Source: the human T2T-CHM13v2.0 reference genome, Homo sapiens. Taken from it: DNA of 64,000 nucleotides. The DNA lies in the NCBI RefSeq assembly GCF_009914755.1, contig NC_060929.1; one strand, 5' to 3'. The number at the start of each line of letters is the position of its first letter. Within the stretch, counting starts at the first letter, position 1. The notes beneath the pieces are model-generated. The model did no database searches. It was not told the DNA's origin and saw only the letters and a list, made by a program, of their open reading frames with translations. Of the stretch, positions 30,598-48,115 are shown one piece after another. A program made the position numbers and the translations under genes.

Positions 30598-33229
30598 AAA
30601 TTTGTCATAGCTTTATTATAGATTCTAAATATAGTAGCCTATGTTGTTGTTCTTTACTTTCACTGGCCTTGGCACTTTAAATTCCCATATACATTTTAGG
30701 ATTAGGTTGTCAGTTTGTCTTAAAAAATCTGATGTGCTTTCAAAAAGGATTACACAGAATTTGCAGATTGGCCTGGGAAGAATTGACATATTTATTATAT
30801 GCCAATATGTCTAATATGTGAACATATACCTTCATTTATTTAGCTTATCTTCCATTTTTGTGAGTGATGTTTGTAGTTTTCTGTATCTATTGTCACATTT
30901 ATTCCTAGGAATTTAGTGTTTTTTAATGCTGTTATTAATGCTACACTCCTTGAAACTTAATTTTTCTAATTTATAGTGTTACTAATATATGGAAATACAA
31001 CTAATTTTTATAGATTGGCTTTATTTCTAATGACCATGTTTAGTTTACTTATTAATTCAAATAGTTTATCTGTCAATTCTTTTGTATTTTATAAGTATAC
31101 AGTCATGTTGTCCATTTAAATGACAGTTTTGCTTCTTTATCTTTCTATCCTTATGTTTTTTATTTATTTCCTTGCTTTATTACACTAGCTAGGACAAATA
31201 CAATGTTATATAAAAGTAGTGATAGTGTATATCCAGTTTCTCTCCTGCTTGAGGTATGTGTCCCTCAACCCATCATGACTTATTGATATGGTTTCCAGAA
31301 ACCATTTGAGTGAAAGAAACCATTGATGGGCTGGTAACTGTTTACAAGGGTCTCTTATGGCTGGGAAGAATAGTTTGTTGCTCCTTCTTTCTTTACTCTG
31401 TTTTGAAACTATCCTTCAACTATATACGGAGGATCAAAATCTACTTATTAGGTTTTCTGGGGTAAGTGAGTATAAACCTCTTTCCTTGGTGTATATGCCA
31501 TAGATATGACCTTAATTAGTATATAGTGAACATGTATTATCTATTAAACATTTATTGACTTTGTTTGCATTAGTTCATTTGATGATACCAATAATCCTAT
31601 AAGGTAGCCATAATTATTTCTTTTGTATAGACAAGTATCTTTGGAATTAGAAATTATAAACTTGCCCCAAATCACTCAGTTGGAAGTGATAGTTTTGAAC
31701 CTAGGCGTTTGACTCTAGAGCCCCTACTCATTGTACAGTACTGATCCACATCAAGTTGAAATTTGCCTTTTTATAATTCCTTTGTGGCTGCACAGAAAAA
31801 GCATGCAGTTCCTTTTCCAAGAAAGCCCTTTATTTTTGTGAAGTTAGCTTTTATCAATCTTCTAAATGTCCTCCAGATTAAATATTCCTAGTTTCTGTTA
31901 TTCCTTGAATGACAAGGCTTAAAAATCTCTTTTGCCTTTCCAGTTACCAATTTCCTTCTCAAAATACCTCTCCAAGCATGGTGCTCAGAGTGGAAGTGGG
32001 GCTGGTGATGTTGTATGGTTTGTTGAAATGATTTAAACTATGAAGTAGAACATTGCCCTTCTCTATTGTGATCCTTATACCCTTTATATTGCATCCTGAG
32101 ATTGAAGCAACTTGGTATAGATTTTAGAGGTCAGAGATTTTATTCTGATCTTAGCAAAGCCATTTGCAAGTTGTATGACCTTAGGCAAGTCACTAGATTT
32201 CCCCAAGCCTCTTTATAGTTTTCTTATCTATAAAATATGGGATAACTCCTACCCTAGTTAACCCCAGCAAATGATGACAGACTCATTTGAGATAATGGAG
32301 ATGAAAATGTCATTTGCAAACTGTGAAGAGCTCTATCAGTGTTATTTTTAGCAGATGCATCACGGTGTTGACACATACTGAGTGAGTATTTGTACAGAGT
32401 GGAGCTGAATTCAGTCATAAACAAAGTGAACAAAAGGGAATGTAGTGACGTCTAGCCAACATAAGGAAATGTTAAACGGGCTGTATAGGGGAGAAAAGGG
32501 GGAGAGTGGAATTAGCCTCAGGAAAGAAGGACGTATACAGACCTGAGTGTTCAGCTGAGATTTTGGAGACACGGCCATGGTCCACAAGGTCAGTGAGGAC
32601 CGGGAAATCATAATCAGATCTGGTGACTTGAGATGCTGAATTTTGTTTTTCCTTCCAGTGAAATGGTGAGGCAGAGCCATTCCTGCCCCCTCTCCCCAAC
32701 CCATCCCACAAGGCTAATTATTATAAAAATTCTCTGTCATTTCTTTGCAACGGTCCACAGCCTAACTAATTTAAAAATGCAAATGAATGCTAAATTACAG
32801 TCAGGTTTGGAGCTTGTTTCCTGCCTATGCACCTAGAGAGGGTGAGCGTCATTGCTACAGCTGGAAATCAATCTTGAGCACCCTGGGTGATTTGATAATG
32901 GCTAGTGGCATCGCTGCTGATGTCACAAGATGCTTGGTTGATGGTGAATTTCAGTAGCATTGTGGACTATCAATCTTCGGCCTGTCTCTGCCTCTGCAGT
33001 GGCATACTGCAGCATCATGTTTTTTTTTCTCCTGAAAACCAAGGAACCCTCCCTCTGCCATCTGTCAGCCTTGTGATAGGCCAAGTGCTAAGCCTGACTC
33101 TGGTGATTGGATGTGTCTGCCTTATAACAGCCCTCCTAGCTGTGAGCTTTGGGTCTGAAAGCCTGTTTGGTGATTACGATGATGATGAGAAATGGAGTCC
33201 TGTATGTCTAATAATCCTTAGATTAGTGA

Positions 33230-33634
33230 GTCTCACAGTGACCTCCTAGGATCTGGGGTGTTTTTAAAATGCAGACTCCTGGGCTCCATTTTAAATATAC
33301 TGCAATGAAATCTCTAGAGATGGATCTCGGAAACGAATTTTTAAAAACAGGGATCCCAAGTGATTCTTATGCATATTAAAGTTTGGGAAATACTGTCTTA
33401 CATTGTGAAATGATGAATTATTGGGGCTGAAAGGAGCCCTAGAGAATTTCTTGTCCAGTGGTTTTCAGCCTTGGCTGCACATTAGAATTACTTGGAGAGA
33501 TTTTTAATTCGCAGTGCTGGAGGTCCTACCCTCCACAAATGTCATCAGAATCTTTAGGGTTGGGACCAAGCCATCAGTGTTTTAAAGCTCTCCAGTTGAT
33601 TCCAACATACAGCCAAAGCTGAAAATCGCTTCTG
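33230..33634. mobile_element. Two adjacent MER5-type hAT MITEs (about 33230-33396 and 33455-33634)
   Basis: AAAATGCAGACTCCTGGGC...GTTTGGGAAATACTG and CAGTGGTTTTCAGCCTTGGCTGCACATTAGAAT... Confidence 0.7.
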
Positions 33635-34794
33635 TAGTCCAACCCTTGCTTTTACTATGGGGGACAGTGTGGCCCACAGGGGTACCATCTCTGAGAGGGT
33701 CAGTGACCCAGATGGGATGAAAATTCAGATTTCTTGCTGCTAATTGGTACTCCTTCTACCATAGAGATTGTTTCTCTTTGCTGAACCAGTGGCAACTCCT
33801 ATTCTCTCTCTGGTGTTCTATTTTATCCTGTAATACCTGATAATTTGATTTCCTTATAAGCCAGGTCCTGTTCTCTCCAGGTGGACCTCTGACTCCAGCC
33901 AGAGATCCCTGACTCAGGCTTTAGCCTAAAGCCCATCCCCAGCCATAGACTCACCCTCATGCCACCCCAAGTTCCCTGAGGCCTCTGTTAATTGGATAAG
34001 GCTTGCTGAGCAACCAGGCTTCTAGCTCTGGCATTAGTTTGGTGCATGTGACTTTTAAGTAAACAATAAAACTTCTTTCGACTCTCTTTTCCTTTCCTTA
34101 TACAGAGTGCATATAATGAATTTGGAGTGCTTTGCTGAGAAAGGGACTGCCTTTCAATGCCATAGCCTAGTGCTAGGCACAGAGCAGGCATCCAGTAAAT
34201 ATTTAATGAAATAAATAATTAATTGAGCAATGCAAGTGTAAACATTACATAATCATTCCCACTGGCTTATCTTCTCCCAAGATGATTCACACATTAAATC
34301 TTATTTCAAGAGATTTGCTTGCAGTGAAAATTTCTGTATAGCGTATCTATTTCCAGCCCTAGTGAATGGCTTAATGATACCTAACATATATCTTTCACAA
34401 CAAAATTTTGTGAACAAAATAACTTGAACTATTCCTTAGAACTTGATATAATGGATTTTCCTTTACACAAGGAATAATTATATCTTTACCCACCCAAGTC
34501 CTTTTGACACTGGAAAGAAATGTAAAAGATGGGAGAGATACGGCCAACCAATGAATGCATCCCTTTTGTTTTATCTGTGCATGAACTAAAGTTCTGGAAT
34601 TTTTGAACTTGATGGGTTTTCTTTCATTTGGAAAGATCATTTGATATCAGTAAATCCTCAGCGTTGACTGAGGCTTTCATAATTTCTTACCTATCGTTCA
34701 TTGTACCACTGTGCTTATTTCAGAACTTTTGGACCATGAGTTTCCAGTTTATGGTTAGGGTGAAAAGCCAGTGGCTGTGAAGAGGACATGGTCT

Positions 34795-35200
34795 AGATAG
34801 TCATTGACAGATGTTTGCTGATATAAGCCAAGCACTGTGCTGAATGCTGGGAATCCATTGTTGTCTTGAAAGAGACCCACTTCCTGCCCTCCTGGGACTG
34901 TGGGCTGGCAGGGGAGGCAGGCTTGAATCAAAGCAGCATACAAGTTTCTGAACAATCATAGATAGAGATGAGCATTGTGAAAGAGTGTGCCTCTGTAAGA
35001 GTATTTACTAGAGAAACCTGACTCAGGCCAGACGGTCAAGATGGCATCCCCAAGGAAATGATGACTGAGGTGATATGGGAAAGAGAAACAGAAGCTGCTT
35101 GTGTGGAGGGGGCAGGGACATGGCTTAGTCAGATGGCAAAGCATTTGCAAGGCCCTTGAGAGGAATGAACGTGGTGAGTTTTAGGAGCTGAAAGAAAGTT
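34795..35200 (-). mobile_element. L2 LINE fragment
   Basis: CCAAGCACTGTGCTGAATGCTGGG...CCTGCCCTC...GCATTTGCAAGGCCCT. Confidence 0.6.
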
Positions 35201-38200
35201 TTTAGCTAGGCAGGGTCACCCAATAAGCTGTGCATAAGGATGGGGAAGAGTCCATCTCTGACTGGAATCGTCTGGCCAGTATATCATAACCTGACTTGGA
35301 AGGTTAGTCTAAAGTATGTGATCTGAATTAGGGCTTAATCAGTGCTCTGGTAAGTGTCAGGATATGCCCAACATTGGGAGCAAGTTTGAGGCCAATAAAT
35401 CATCTATATTTTTAACAAACATTTATTGAATTTCTACTATGTGCCAAGTAGGTTAGAGTGGGCCAGGAGAATGGAGTAAAAGTCGGTGTGCAATATGATT
35501 AGACATGTCAGCTATGAACAGACAGCTGTGGGGTTGTGTCTAGACCACACAATGTAAGAGTTTGTTCATGTCACCTAATTTTTCTGTTTCCATTTTTTCA
35601 ATCATCAAATTGGGGATAATAATGGCCTTTTCAAGGGATGGTTATGAGGATCAAATGAGTTAGTGTGTAAAAAATACTTAGTGCCAGATGCATCACGGAT
35701 ATCTAATTAATATTGGCTCTCTGCAAACCAGCTGGAAAAAATAAGAAAAAAAAAATCAATCTTTCTAAGTCTGGGCTTTAGATACTGAGAAAACCCCCAG
35801 AGTATCTCATGGGACAGGTGAAGAGACAAAGAGAGATTTCCTGCCAGCTGCGTCATCCACCCAAGAGACTCAGCTGGCACCTTCTTTGTCCCTGTAGACA
35901 GCAGCTTGCCATTGGCTGATGGTGGCAGTAGGCCAGTCACTGAGTTTAAACAGAATTTTCTTTGCAAATTGACATAGCAATAAAATTACAAAACTGCTGT
36001 GTTTATCTTTCCAAATAAAAGACAGATTTTAAGTACATTATACCAGTGTAATTGAAAATCAGAAGCAAATGAGAGGATGTGCTGTAACTTCTATGCTAAT
36101 GTGAGATCACACTCTCCTGACCCCTAGTTAGGTATGGGAGGAGGAGCAGGTGGGGAAAAAGATATGCTTGCAGTATCCCTGCATGCAGAACTGTTTAGAT
36201 GAGCTGAATTCTCAGAGTGATAGCAACTCACTATTTGGGAAACTCGAAGCCCCAGATTCTCTCTAGGGATGCAAATACAGCAACGTGGATTTCAATTAAG
36301 ATTCTGCCATCCCCATGATAGAGTTCTCTTAATCCTTCTTTAGAGGTGCTGCCTGGGTAATAAAACCTTCATGCTGCAGGCTGTAGGCAGGTTTGTTTAA
36401 CCCGAGCTTAACTGACAAAGCTCTCTGAGACATGCTCACCTGCTTAGAATCTGTGCATCACCTCCTATTGGCTGTGTGTGGGGCATTGCGATGCCTCCAT
36501 GTGGTACAGGAGGCTGGCCTAAGAGTTCTGAACTGCAAACCTTCACAGGAAATTCTTGGGCTGGCTGGCCACCTGGCTTAGGTTATTTATTTATTTATTT
36601 AGTTAGTTGTTTTTATTGCTTTAGGGGTCTGCACCTGATGGTGGCAGTGAGGGAGGTTGAGGTGAGCTTCCATCTCTTGGAATCCCACCATTCCTATTCA
36701 ACTCATGTCAAATTAAATTAATACTATTTCCATGTGAATAATTGAAGATATTTCCTCAACTTTAAAAATGTGAAAGAAGGCATCTTTTAGAAAATATTTG
36801 CTGTTTAAAAAATACTAGCCATGCACAATCCAGATAAGAAGAATGTAGTTTGAGACGAGTTCCTGGGAAGATTATCACCCTAAGCCACTCCTGTATATAG
36901 TTTTCCCTACTGACACCTGCTCATCCTTCTTTGCTTCATTCAACAGCATCCTATGGCTAACTCCTAAGCACAGTGATGCAATTCTGCCTGGAGATACAGA
37001 TTATCCTCACAAGAGGCACAAAACAGGTAGAAAAATGGGCATTCATGATAGGGGGCTGGTAACAGTGTGTTGCCTGCAGAGAATGGATAATAAAATTTTG
37101 CTTGAAGAATATTGGCAATTGAGTATTTGCAGAATATTGACAATTGAGTGTGCTTGTGGGGGCTTTCATTGATGAAATTGTTTAAAGAGTACTCATCTTT
37201 GGGCTTTCTGTGTGAGACTGACTGGAGTGAATTCTTAGGCCAGTGTCATCGATGGTCAGACAGAAGTTGCTGACTGAGAATGCATTTGGAGTTCCCTGTC
37301 ATTTCTACTTTGACTTGAACTTCTACTCCCTGGTAGTCTCATATAATGAGGCCAGCATGACCTAGAGAATCAAGCGTGTCTATTTTTATTGGGAAACATG
37401 TAGAGGTGATATAATGGTCAAGATGAGATCTGGCTCTTCTTGCAAGATGCCTGTAGTACTGAAGGAAGAAGTTAAACCATGCGGGCATTATTGTCAGTAA
37501 TATGGACTGGATGCCCTCATCCAGCACAGAAATGCAGGAAATAATATTTTATTTTTTCTTCAATGAAAAACATTGGTAACAAAACCTGAGTTGTCCTTGC
37601 TGTGAGCACTCCTGAGCTGAAAAACCTTTTCTCTTTGTGCCCCAGTTTGCCCAACTATAAATGCAGCGTTGGACTAGATGATCTCTAACACTCAAATGTA
37701 GTGGAGAGAGCTTTGGAGCCCTGAGATCTGAGATTGAGTCCCACCTTTAGCACTGATTGGGCAAGTTCCTTCTTTTCTCTGGGCCTCAGCTTGCTATTAG
37801 ACTGAGGGGATTGGATAAGATGTCCTTAAGATCCCTCTCAGTCCGGAAGAGTAGATGGACCATCAATATAGCATGGAGGCAATGATCAGATACTGGCCCC
37901 TGAAACAAAGCCACATCATGTTGAGAATCTAATAGAACAAAGTTATCTTCCATCAGAGAGAATTATTCATCCTGTTCCTCAGTGGGCATTTTGTCTTCTG
38001 TCTCCTTGGACTACTTTGAACATCATCAGAGGCTCAGGCCATGCTTACTGCTCAGTGTTGCAGAGAAAATGCAGATAAATGGATAGTGTTGGGAATTCTA
38101 TTTCTGCCTGTGCTGAAAGATGTTTTGAAGTTACCATATGCTGCAGGAGATGAAGTGAGTGTGTACAGAGGAGAGATGTGATAAAGGTAACTTAGTTTGA

Positions 38201-38379
38201 TAGCAATTCAAATGAAAAATCTTTGACATAGGGCACCTGCTTCACATTAGTGCATTGGGACAATAGTTAATGGGATTGCAGCTAGATTCACTTCTATCAA
38301 TAGAGGGAAGGATGGTCACAGTTCCACGTAGGAGGGAGAGAGTACTCAGCTCCAAACATGTCACTGGAGATAAGTTTCA

Positions 38380-38790
38380 ATTTTGTTTGGAAGGAAGCAT
38401 TAACATGTTGGGGCACATCCAGAGAGACAAGAAGGGAGATAGGTTAAAAACACATGGAATATAAAGAATAATTGAAGTTTGCAGGGTAAAGATGTTAAGC
38501 TGAAAGTGATGGGAGAAAACCCTGCTATGAGGAAGTGGTATGTGACTGCAGAAAGGAGAAGCGAGAAGATTTATGTCCTTCTAGATGAAACAATAGTCTG
38601 TTGTAAGGAGACAAATACTGACAGGATAAAAAGCCTTTCAGAATTTCACAACAGTGGAAGGCATTTTTGCACTAATCAAGGAGGTTGTTATAACTGGGGG
38701 TGCTCAAATAGAAATTGGGAGATCTGTCTTCAGAGATGCTGTATTGAATGGGAGGTTTGGCAAGGAAACTCTTCTCTAGCTCTGTTATTT
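38380..38790 (+). mobile_element. Ancient L3/CR1 LINE relic
   Basis: Degenerate GAATAATTGAAG...GATGTTAAGCTGAAAG resembling the CR1 3' region. Confidence 0.35.
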
Positions 38791-40419
38791 TATGCAGGAT
38801 ACATCAATAGAATTAAGCCCTCAAGCTATAGTTATGGTTCCTCTACTGACTTGCTATGTGACCTTAACTGGGTCACTTAACTTTTCTGGACTTCAGTTTA
38901 CTCATCTGCAAAATGGAGACAATAACATCTGTCCGACAATACCCAACAATAATGCTGTAGAAGCCTGTGAAGATCGAATAATACATGTAAAAATGCCTCG
39001 ACGAATAGGACAAACTGTGTGTAAATGACACATTAGTGATGTCATAATTCCTCATTCTCCAGCCCCTGTCTTGCCTGGCTGTACATCATTGTGATTAAGA
39101 GTAGCAGCTCAAGGGTTAGACTGCTTGAGTTTGAATCTCAGCTCAGCCACTGGCTGCATATGTGATCTTTGGCAAGTTATTAAGCTTGTTGATCCTGTTT
39201 CATGGGCAAAATAATGGGGCTGATAAGAGTAATGTTGATTTTAGAGAGTCATTGTGAGGATTAGTGCCCTAATGCATGTAAAGTGATTTTCACAGTGCCT
39301 AACACAGAATATACTCTCCAAAGCTTTGTTCTTCTCACCATTATTATTATCAGCAGGCAGTACTTACATCTCTTCAGTTGATTGTGACAACGGCTGACTG
39401 AGTTGTTGAGGTGTCTTTCAGAAATCTCTTGGAGAGACTTTAGTCTGTCTCTGAATGTCCAAGGCTGCAAAGCGCAGAGAAGGCCCATCTCAGTCCCTCA
39501 GGGGAGATCTAAACGCAGCTCCCAAAGTTTGTCAATTTGGCGACCCCAAATGTTTTCTTTTATTTGGAAGCTCACAATATTCCATCATAAATGTTTTATA
39601 ATTGCTTCATGAATTATTCACCTGCAACTTAATAACCTTAAATTTTATAGGATTATGGTTTTATGGGAGAAAAACATTACCAACCTGGGACCCAGCTGTG
39701 AAGAGAAAATGCTGATGTTACCAATTTATTTTCACTATGCAATAGGAGGTTTTTTCTGTAACTATGAAATATAGAATATTAATAAAAGAGCAAATAAAAA
39801 AACTAAAAGAGAAGGAAAAAATCCTTACATTGCTCTTTTTAAAAAATTTAATCTCAAAACTGCATTTGCAATATTTTTTCCTATTGCCAAGGAGCTGATT
39901 TAGCTCCATTAGAGTTGGTTTCACCTTCTTTGGTGAAGCCAAAGAAAAATTGCTTGTTTTCCTTCCTTACATACCTGGTCTTTGTCTTTCCTATACTTTT
40001 ATTCATTACTGAATTATTTTTTAGACTGGAATCATTAGTGATTTTTAAATTAGTATCACCCTCTTGCCATCCTAGACTGTTAGAATGTTAGTTTTGAAAT
40101 GTCGAACTATCAGTTTTGAAATTTCTAATGCTGTCTAAGAGGAGCATTGTAATACAGTGAAAAAAGCGATGGTTAGATTTGAGTCTGAGTTTAGACTATC
40201 ACTTAATTGATACATGACTTTAACAATTCCATTAAGTTTTCTCAGCCTTGCTTTCCTTTATAAGAATAAGATACTACACCAATGTAAGGAACTAATCCAG
40301 CAATACAGGTGAAGGAAAGCTGGGATGTTGACAGGGCTGTGGAAGGATGAGCGGGAAGCTCGAAAGAGAAAGCTAGCTCACATCAGATATCTGGCAGAGA
40401 AGTCAACTCCTTTACTTTG

Positions 40420-40769
40420 TGTTATGGTTTGAATATATTTTCTAAAGTTCCTGTGTTGGAAACTTAATCCCCAATACAACAGTGTTGAGAGGTAGGGTCT
40501 AATGGGAGGTGGTTAGGTCATGGAACTCCACCCTCTTTAATGGATTAACACTGATTATAAAAGAGACTGAGGCTGTGAGTTTGATCTCTTCCTCTCTTGC
40601 CCTTCTGCCTTCAACCATGAAATGATGCAGCAAGAAGGCCCTCACCAGATGTGTGGCCTCTTGACCTTGGACTTTTCATCCTCAAGAACTGCCAGAAATA
40701 TATCTCTGTTCTTTATAAATATCCCAATCTTAGATATTCTGTTATAGCAGCACAAAATGGATGAAAACA
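40420..40769 (+). mobile_element. MaLR solo LTR (MSTD/MLT1A-like)
   Basis: TGTTATGGTTTGAAT...TGTTATAGCAGCACAAAATGGATGAAAACA; TSD CTTTG/CTTGG. Confidence 0.85.
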
Positions 40770-43207
40770 CTTGGATTTGAATTTTCAATGGGAGCAAACA
40801 TAAAGCAATACCATCCTGTTATCTAATGTCAGGTAAGGGTGCTTACTCATCAGCTATTAAAACTGTTCTATTGAAATCATAGGACATGCATGTACCTTTT
40901 TTTTAGAATCAAATATAGTAGAAAGATAATAGAGATAATGAAAAGTCGATTCCAGCTTTCCCATTTTACACATAAGAAAACTGAGACCAAGTGAGGAGGA
41001 TAGATTTGCCCAAAGTGTTATGGTAGATTAGTGGCAGAATCTGGGACCAAAAGCCTGGTTCTTGTCTGGGCACTTGTCTAACAGAGAAAGTGCCACAAAT
41101 GTGCTTCAGGTAGGGGCTCCTGGAATGGAAGACAGGGGGTCATTAAGAAAAGTGGGATGGGAGCAGATGTTGGGCAAGGTGCAAGTTGGAGGAAGAAGGC
41201 TAAGAAATATGATTCAACTATAAGCAAATAAGCCCTACAAGCAATGCTTGGGAGTCAGTGGGTGTTTTTTTGGACTGGTTAGACCTGAGCCATCCAGTTA
41301 AAACAGGACTAGGTGTCCCAGAGGCAGTACATCTTCCCCTCCCCACAATTTACACTGACCTCTAATAACATTTTACTAAAATTATCTGGGCCCTAATTAA
41401 TTTTCCTGGCTGTTTTCTTTCTTATTGCTCTCCTGGCCACAAGATAAGGACAATGACGTCTTCTAATGAATGGAGTGAACAGTTGGGCTCAACTCATTTG
41501 TTCTAAATGGCTCTTTTTCCTCTGCCTAAGGAAGCTTTGGGGATTTCCCCCGCTTGCTTTTTTTTGGATGGATGATGGGAGATGACACCTGTTAGTGTCT
41601 GAGAAGACAGGCATTACCAACAACTTACCCTCTAGGGCACCCACTATCTGTAAAAAGATTATTCGTTTTGTTACTGGAAGGTCTGTCTACCTGTCAGCTA
41701 AGGGAGGAAGAGAACTGACATTTGCTATTGTGCTTATTGTGTGCTAAGTATTTTTCTGAGTGTTCCTTCTCTGGGTTCCTAGAACATCCTGTGTATTCTT
41801 CCAACATACAGTTGCCAAGATCTGCTTTCCTGAAAACACGGCAAGCAACTTTAGGGCATGCAATACATCTATCTCATAGTTGCATTCTTAGTGTCAGTGT
41901 GACAGCCAACTCATAGCAAGTTCTTAATTAATAGGTGTTCAACTGATAAATGACTCCTGGGTGGTAAATACAGGCTTTCTTATCCAGTGCTTACCATCAC
42001 CCTTACTCCTATTCATATTCCCATTTTACAGATAACTAAGGCAAGGCTCAGAGGGACTTGCCTAAGGTCTCACATGTAGTATATATAGTTCTACATGACA
42101 GGAAAAAGTCCAGGGTCTTTCCATTGATTAAACATGTTGATCACTTATAGAAACAATGTTTTATCTCTGGGTACCTGCTGAATTTCAGCATAGACCCCAA
42201 TGAAGTGCTACCTTTGGAAGAGATATTGTGGATATATTCTCATGGAAGAAAAGATGCTATAAGCTACAGTAACAAGTTTGCCCTGTACTTGGAGGCATTA
42301 TTATGAACTAAGAGTTGGCTTCAGATATGGTAGAAGTAGACGTGACAAGATAGCATGTAAATTGGAGTCTGAGGAATTGTAATTATTAGAGGGGAAGATA
42401 ATTTAGGATCTTCCCTGTATAATATTGCAACTATTTTTTTTTAGCTCTGGCAATGTATACTTGAAATTATTGACCCAAATATTTTTATTTTTAGTAGTTA
42501 TGGAGCTATGTTGCTTAATGGGGGGATGGAGGCAGGCAAGAAGGGAACGGCTGAAAACCCTTGCATGTAGCAAGAATTGAAGAAAACAGGTAAAAATAGG
42601 AAAGGAGCAGGAAGAAGTAACACGCTGAGAGTTAAATCAAGGATGGACATTATTAAATGGAAGGCAGGGGATTTTAGTTTTGTGAGCATGGCCAAGTATG
42701 GGCTTTAGAAGGCCAAGACACTCCCCTGAAAAGTTTTTATAGGTATATTTCACTGAATATTTTATATGTATATATACATATATTTCATATGTATATTGTG
42801 CTAAACAGAAGGCACATACATTTCGTTTTTCAAAGTGATCATTAACTTTCCAAAAGACTAACAACTGGTTGTGGGTAAATAAAAGTAAGTCAAAATGTCC
42901 TAGGACCAGAGTTCCAGAATGGGGATGACAATACCTTTTTTTTTTTTTTTAATTTTTTTATTTTTTATTTTTAATCTTTTTTTTTTCTTTTTTTTTATTA
43001 TTATTATACTTTAAGTTTTAGGGTACATGTGCACATTGTGCAGGTTAGTTACATATGTATACATGTGCCATGCTGGTGCGCTGCACCCACTAACGTGTCA
43101 TCTAGCATTAGGTATATCTCCCAATGCTATCCCTCCCCCCTCCCCCGACCCCACCACAGTCCCCAGAGTGTGATATTCCCCTTCCTGTGTCCATGTGATC
43201 TCATTGT

Positions 43208-47062
<3,855 letters not shown>

Positions 47063-47098
47063 TTAGTTGATGCAGTTTCTTCCTAGTCTCGATGGTCT

Positions 47099-48115
47099 TT
47101 ACATTTTGGCATGATTTTGCAGTGGCTGGTACCGGTTTTTCCTTTCCATGTTTAGCACTTCCTTCAGGAGCTCTTTTAGGGCAGGCCTGGTGGTGACAAA
47201 ATCTCTCAGCATTTGCTTGTCTATAAAGTATTTTATTTCTCCTTCACTTATGAAGCTTAGTTTGGCTGGATATGAAATTCTGGGTTGAAAATTCTTTTCT
47301 TTAAGAATGTTGAATATTGGCCCCCACTCTCTTCTGGCTTGTAGGGTTTCTGCCGAGAGATCCGCTGTTAGTCTGATGGGCTTTCCTTTGAGGGTAACCC
47401 GACCTTTCTCTCTGGCTGCCCTTAATATTTTTTCCTTCATTTCAACTTTGGTGAATCTGACAATTATGTGTCTTGGAGTTGCTCTTCTCGAGGAGAAACT
47501 TTGTGGCGTTCTCTGTATTTCCTGAATCTGAACGTTGGCCTGCCTTGCTAGATTGGGGAAGTTCTCCTGGATAATATCCTGCAGAGTGTTTTCCAACTTG
47601 GTTCCATTCTCCACATCACTTTCAGGTACACCAATCAGATGTAGATTTGGTCTTTTCACATAGTCCCATATTTCTTGGAGGCTTTGCTCATTTCTTTTTA
47701 TTCTTTTTTCTCTAAACTTCCCTTCTCGCTTCATTTCATTCATTTCATCTTCCATTGCTGATACCCTTTCTTCCAGTTGATCGCATCGGCTCCTGAGGCT
47801 TCTGCATTCTTCACGTAGTTCTCGAGCCTTGGTTTTCAGCTCCATCAGCTCCTTTAAGCACTTCTCTGTATTGGTTATTCTAGTTATACATTCTTCTAAA
47901 TTTTTTTCAAAGTTTTCAACTTCTTTGCCTTTGGTTTGAATGTCCTCCCGTAGCTCAGAGTAATTTGATCGTCTGAAGCCTTCTTCTCTCAGCTCGTCAA
48001 AATCATTCTCCATCCAGCTTTGTTCCGTTGCTGGTGAGGAACTGCGTTCCTTTGGAGGAGGAGAGGTGCTCTGCGTTTTAGAGTTTCCAGTTTTTCTGTT
48101 CTGTTTTTTCCCCAT
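47099..48115 (-). CDS. ORF1: L1 ORF1p RNA-binding/chaperone protein, 338 aa, open
   Basis: MGKKQNRKTGNSKTQS...; REKG, ARR and YPAKLS motifs retained. Confidence 0.97.
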   Translation of the reverse strand: MGKKQNRKTGNSKTQSTSPPPKERSSSPATEQSWMENDFDELREEGFRRSNYSELREDIQTKGKEVENFEKNLEECITRITNTEKCLKELMELKTKARELREECRSLRSRCDQLEERVSAMEDEMNEMKREGKFREKRIKRNEQSLQEIWDYVKRPNLHLIGVPESDVENGTKLENTLQDIIQENFPNLARQANVQIQEIQRTPQSFSSRRATPRHIIVRFTKVEMKEKILRAAREKGRVTLKGKPIRLTADLSAETLQARREWGPIFNILKEKNFQPRISYPAKLSFISEGEIKYFIDKQMLRDFVTTRPALKELLKEVLNMERKNRYQPLQNHAKM

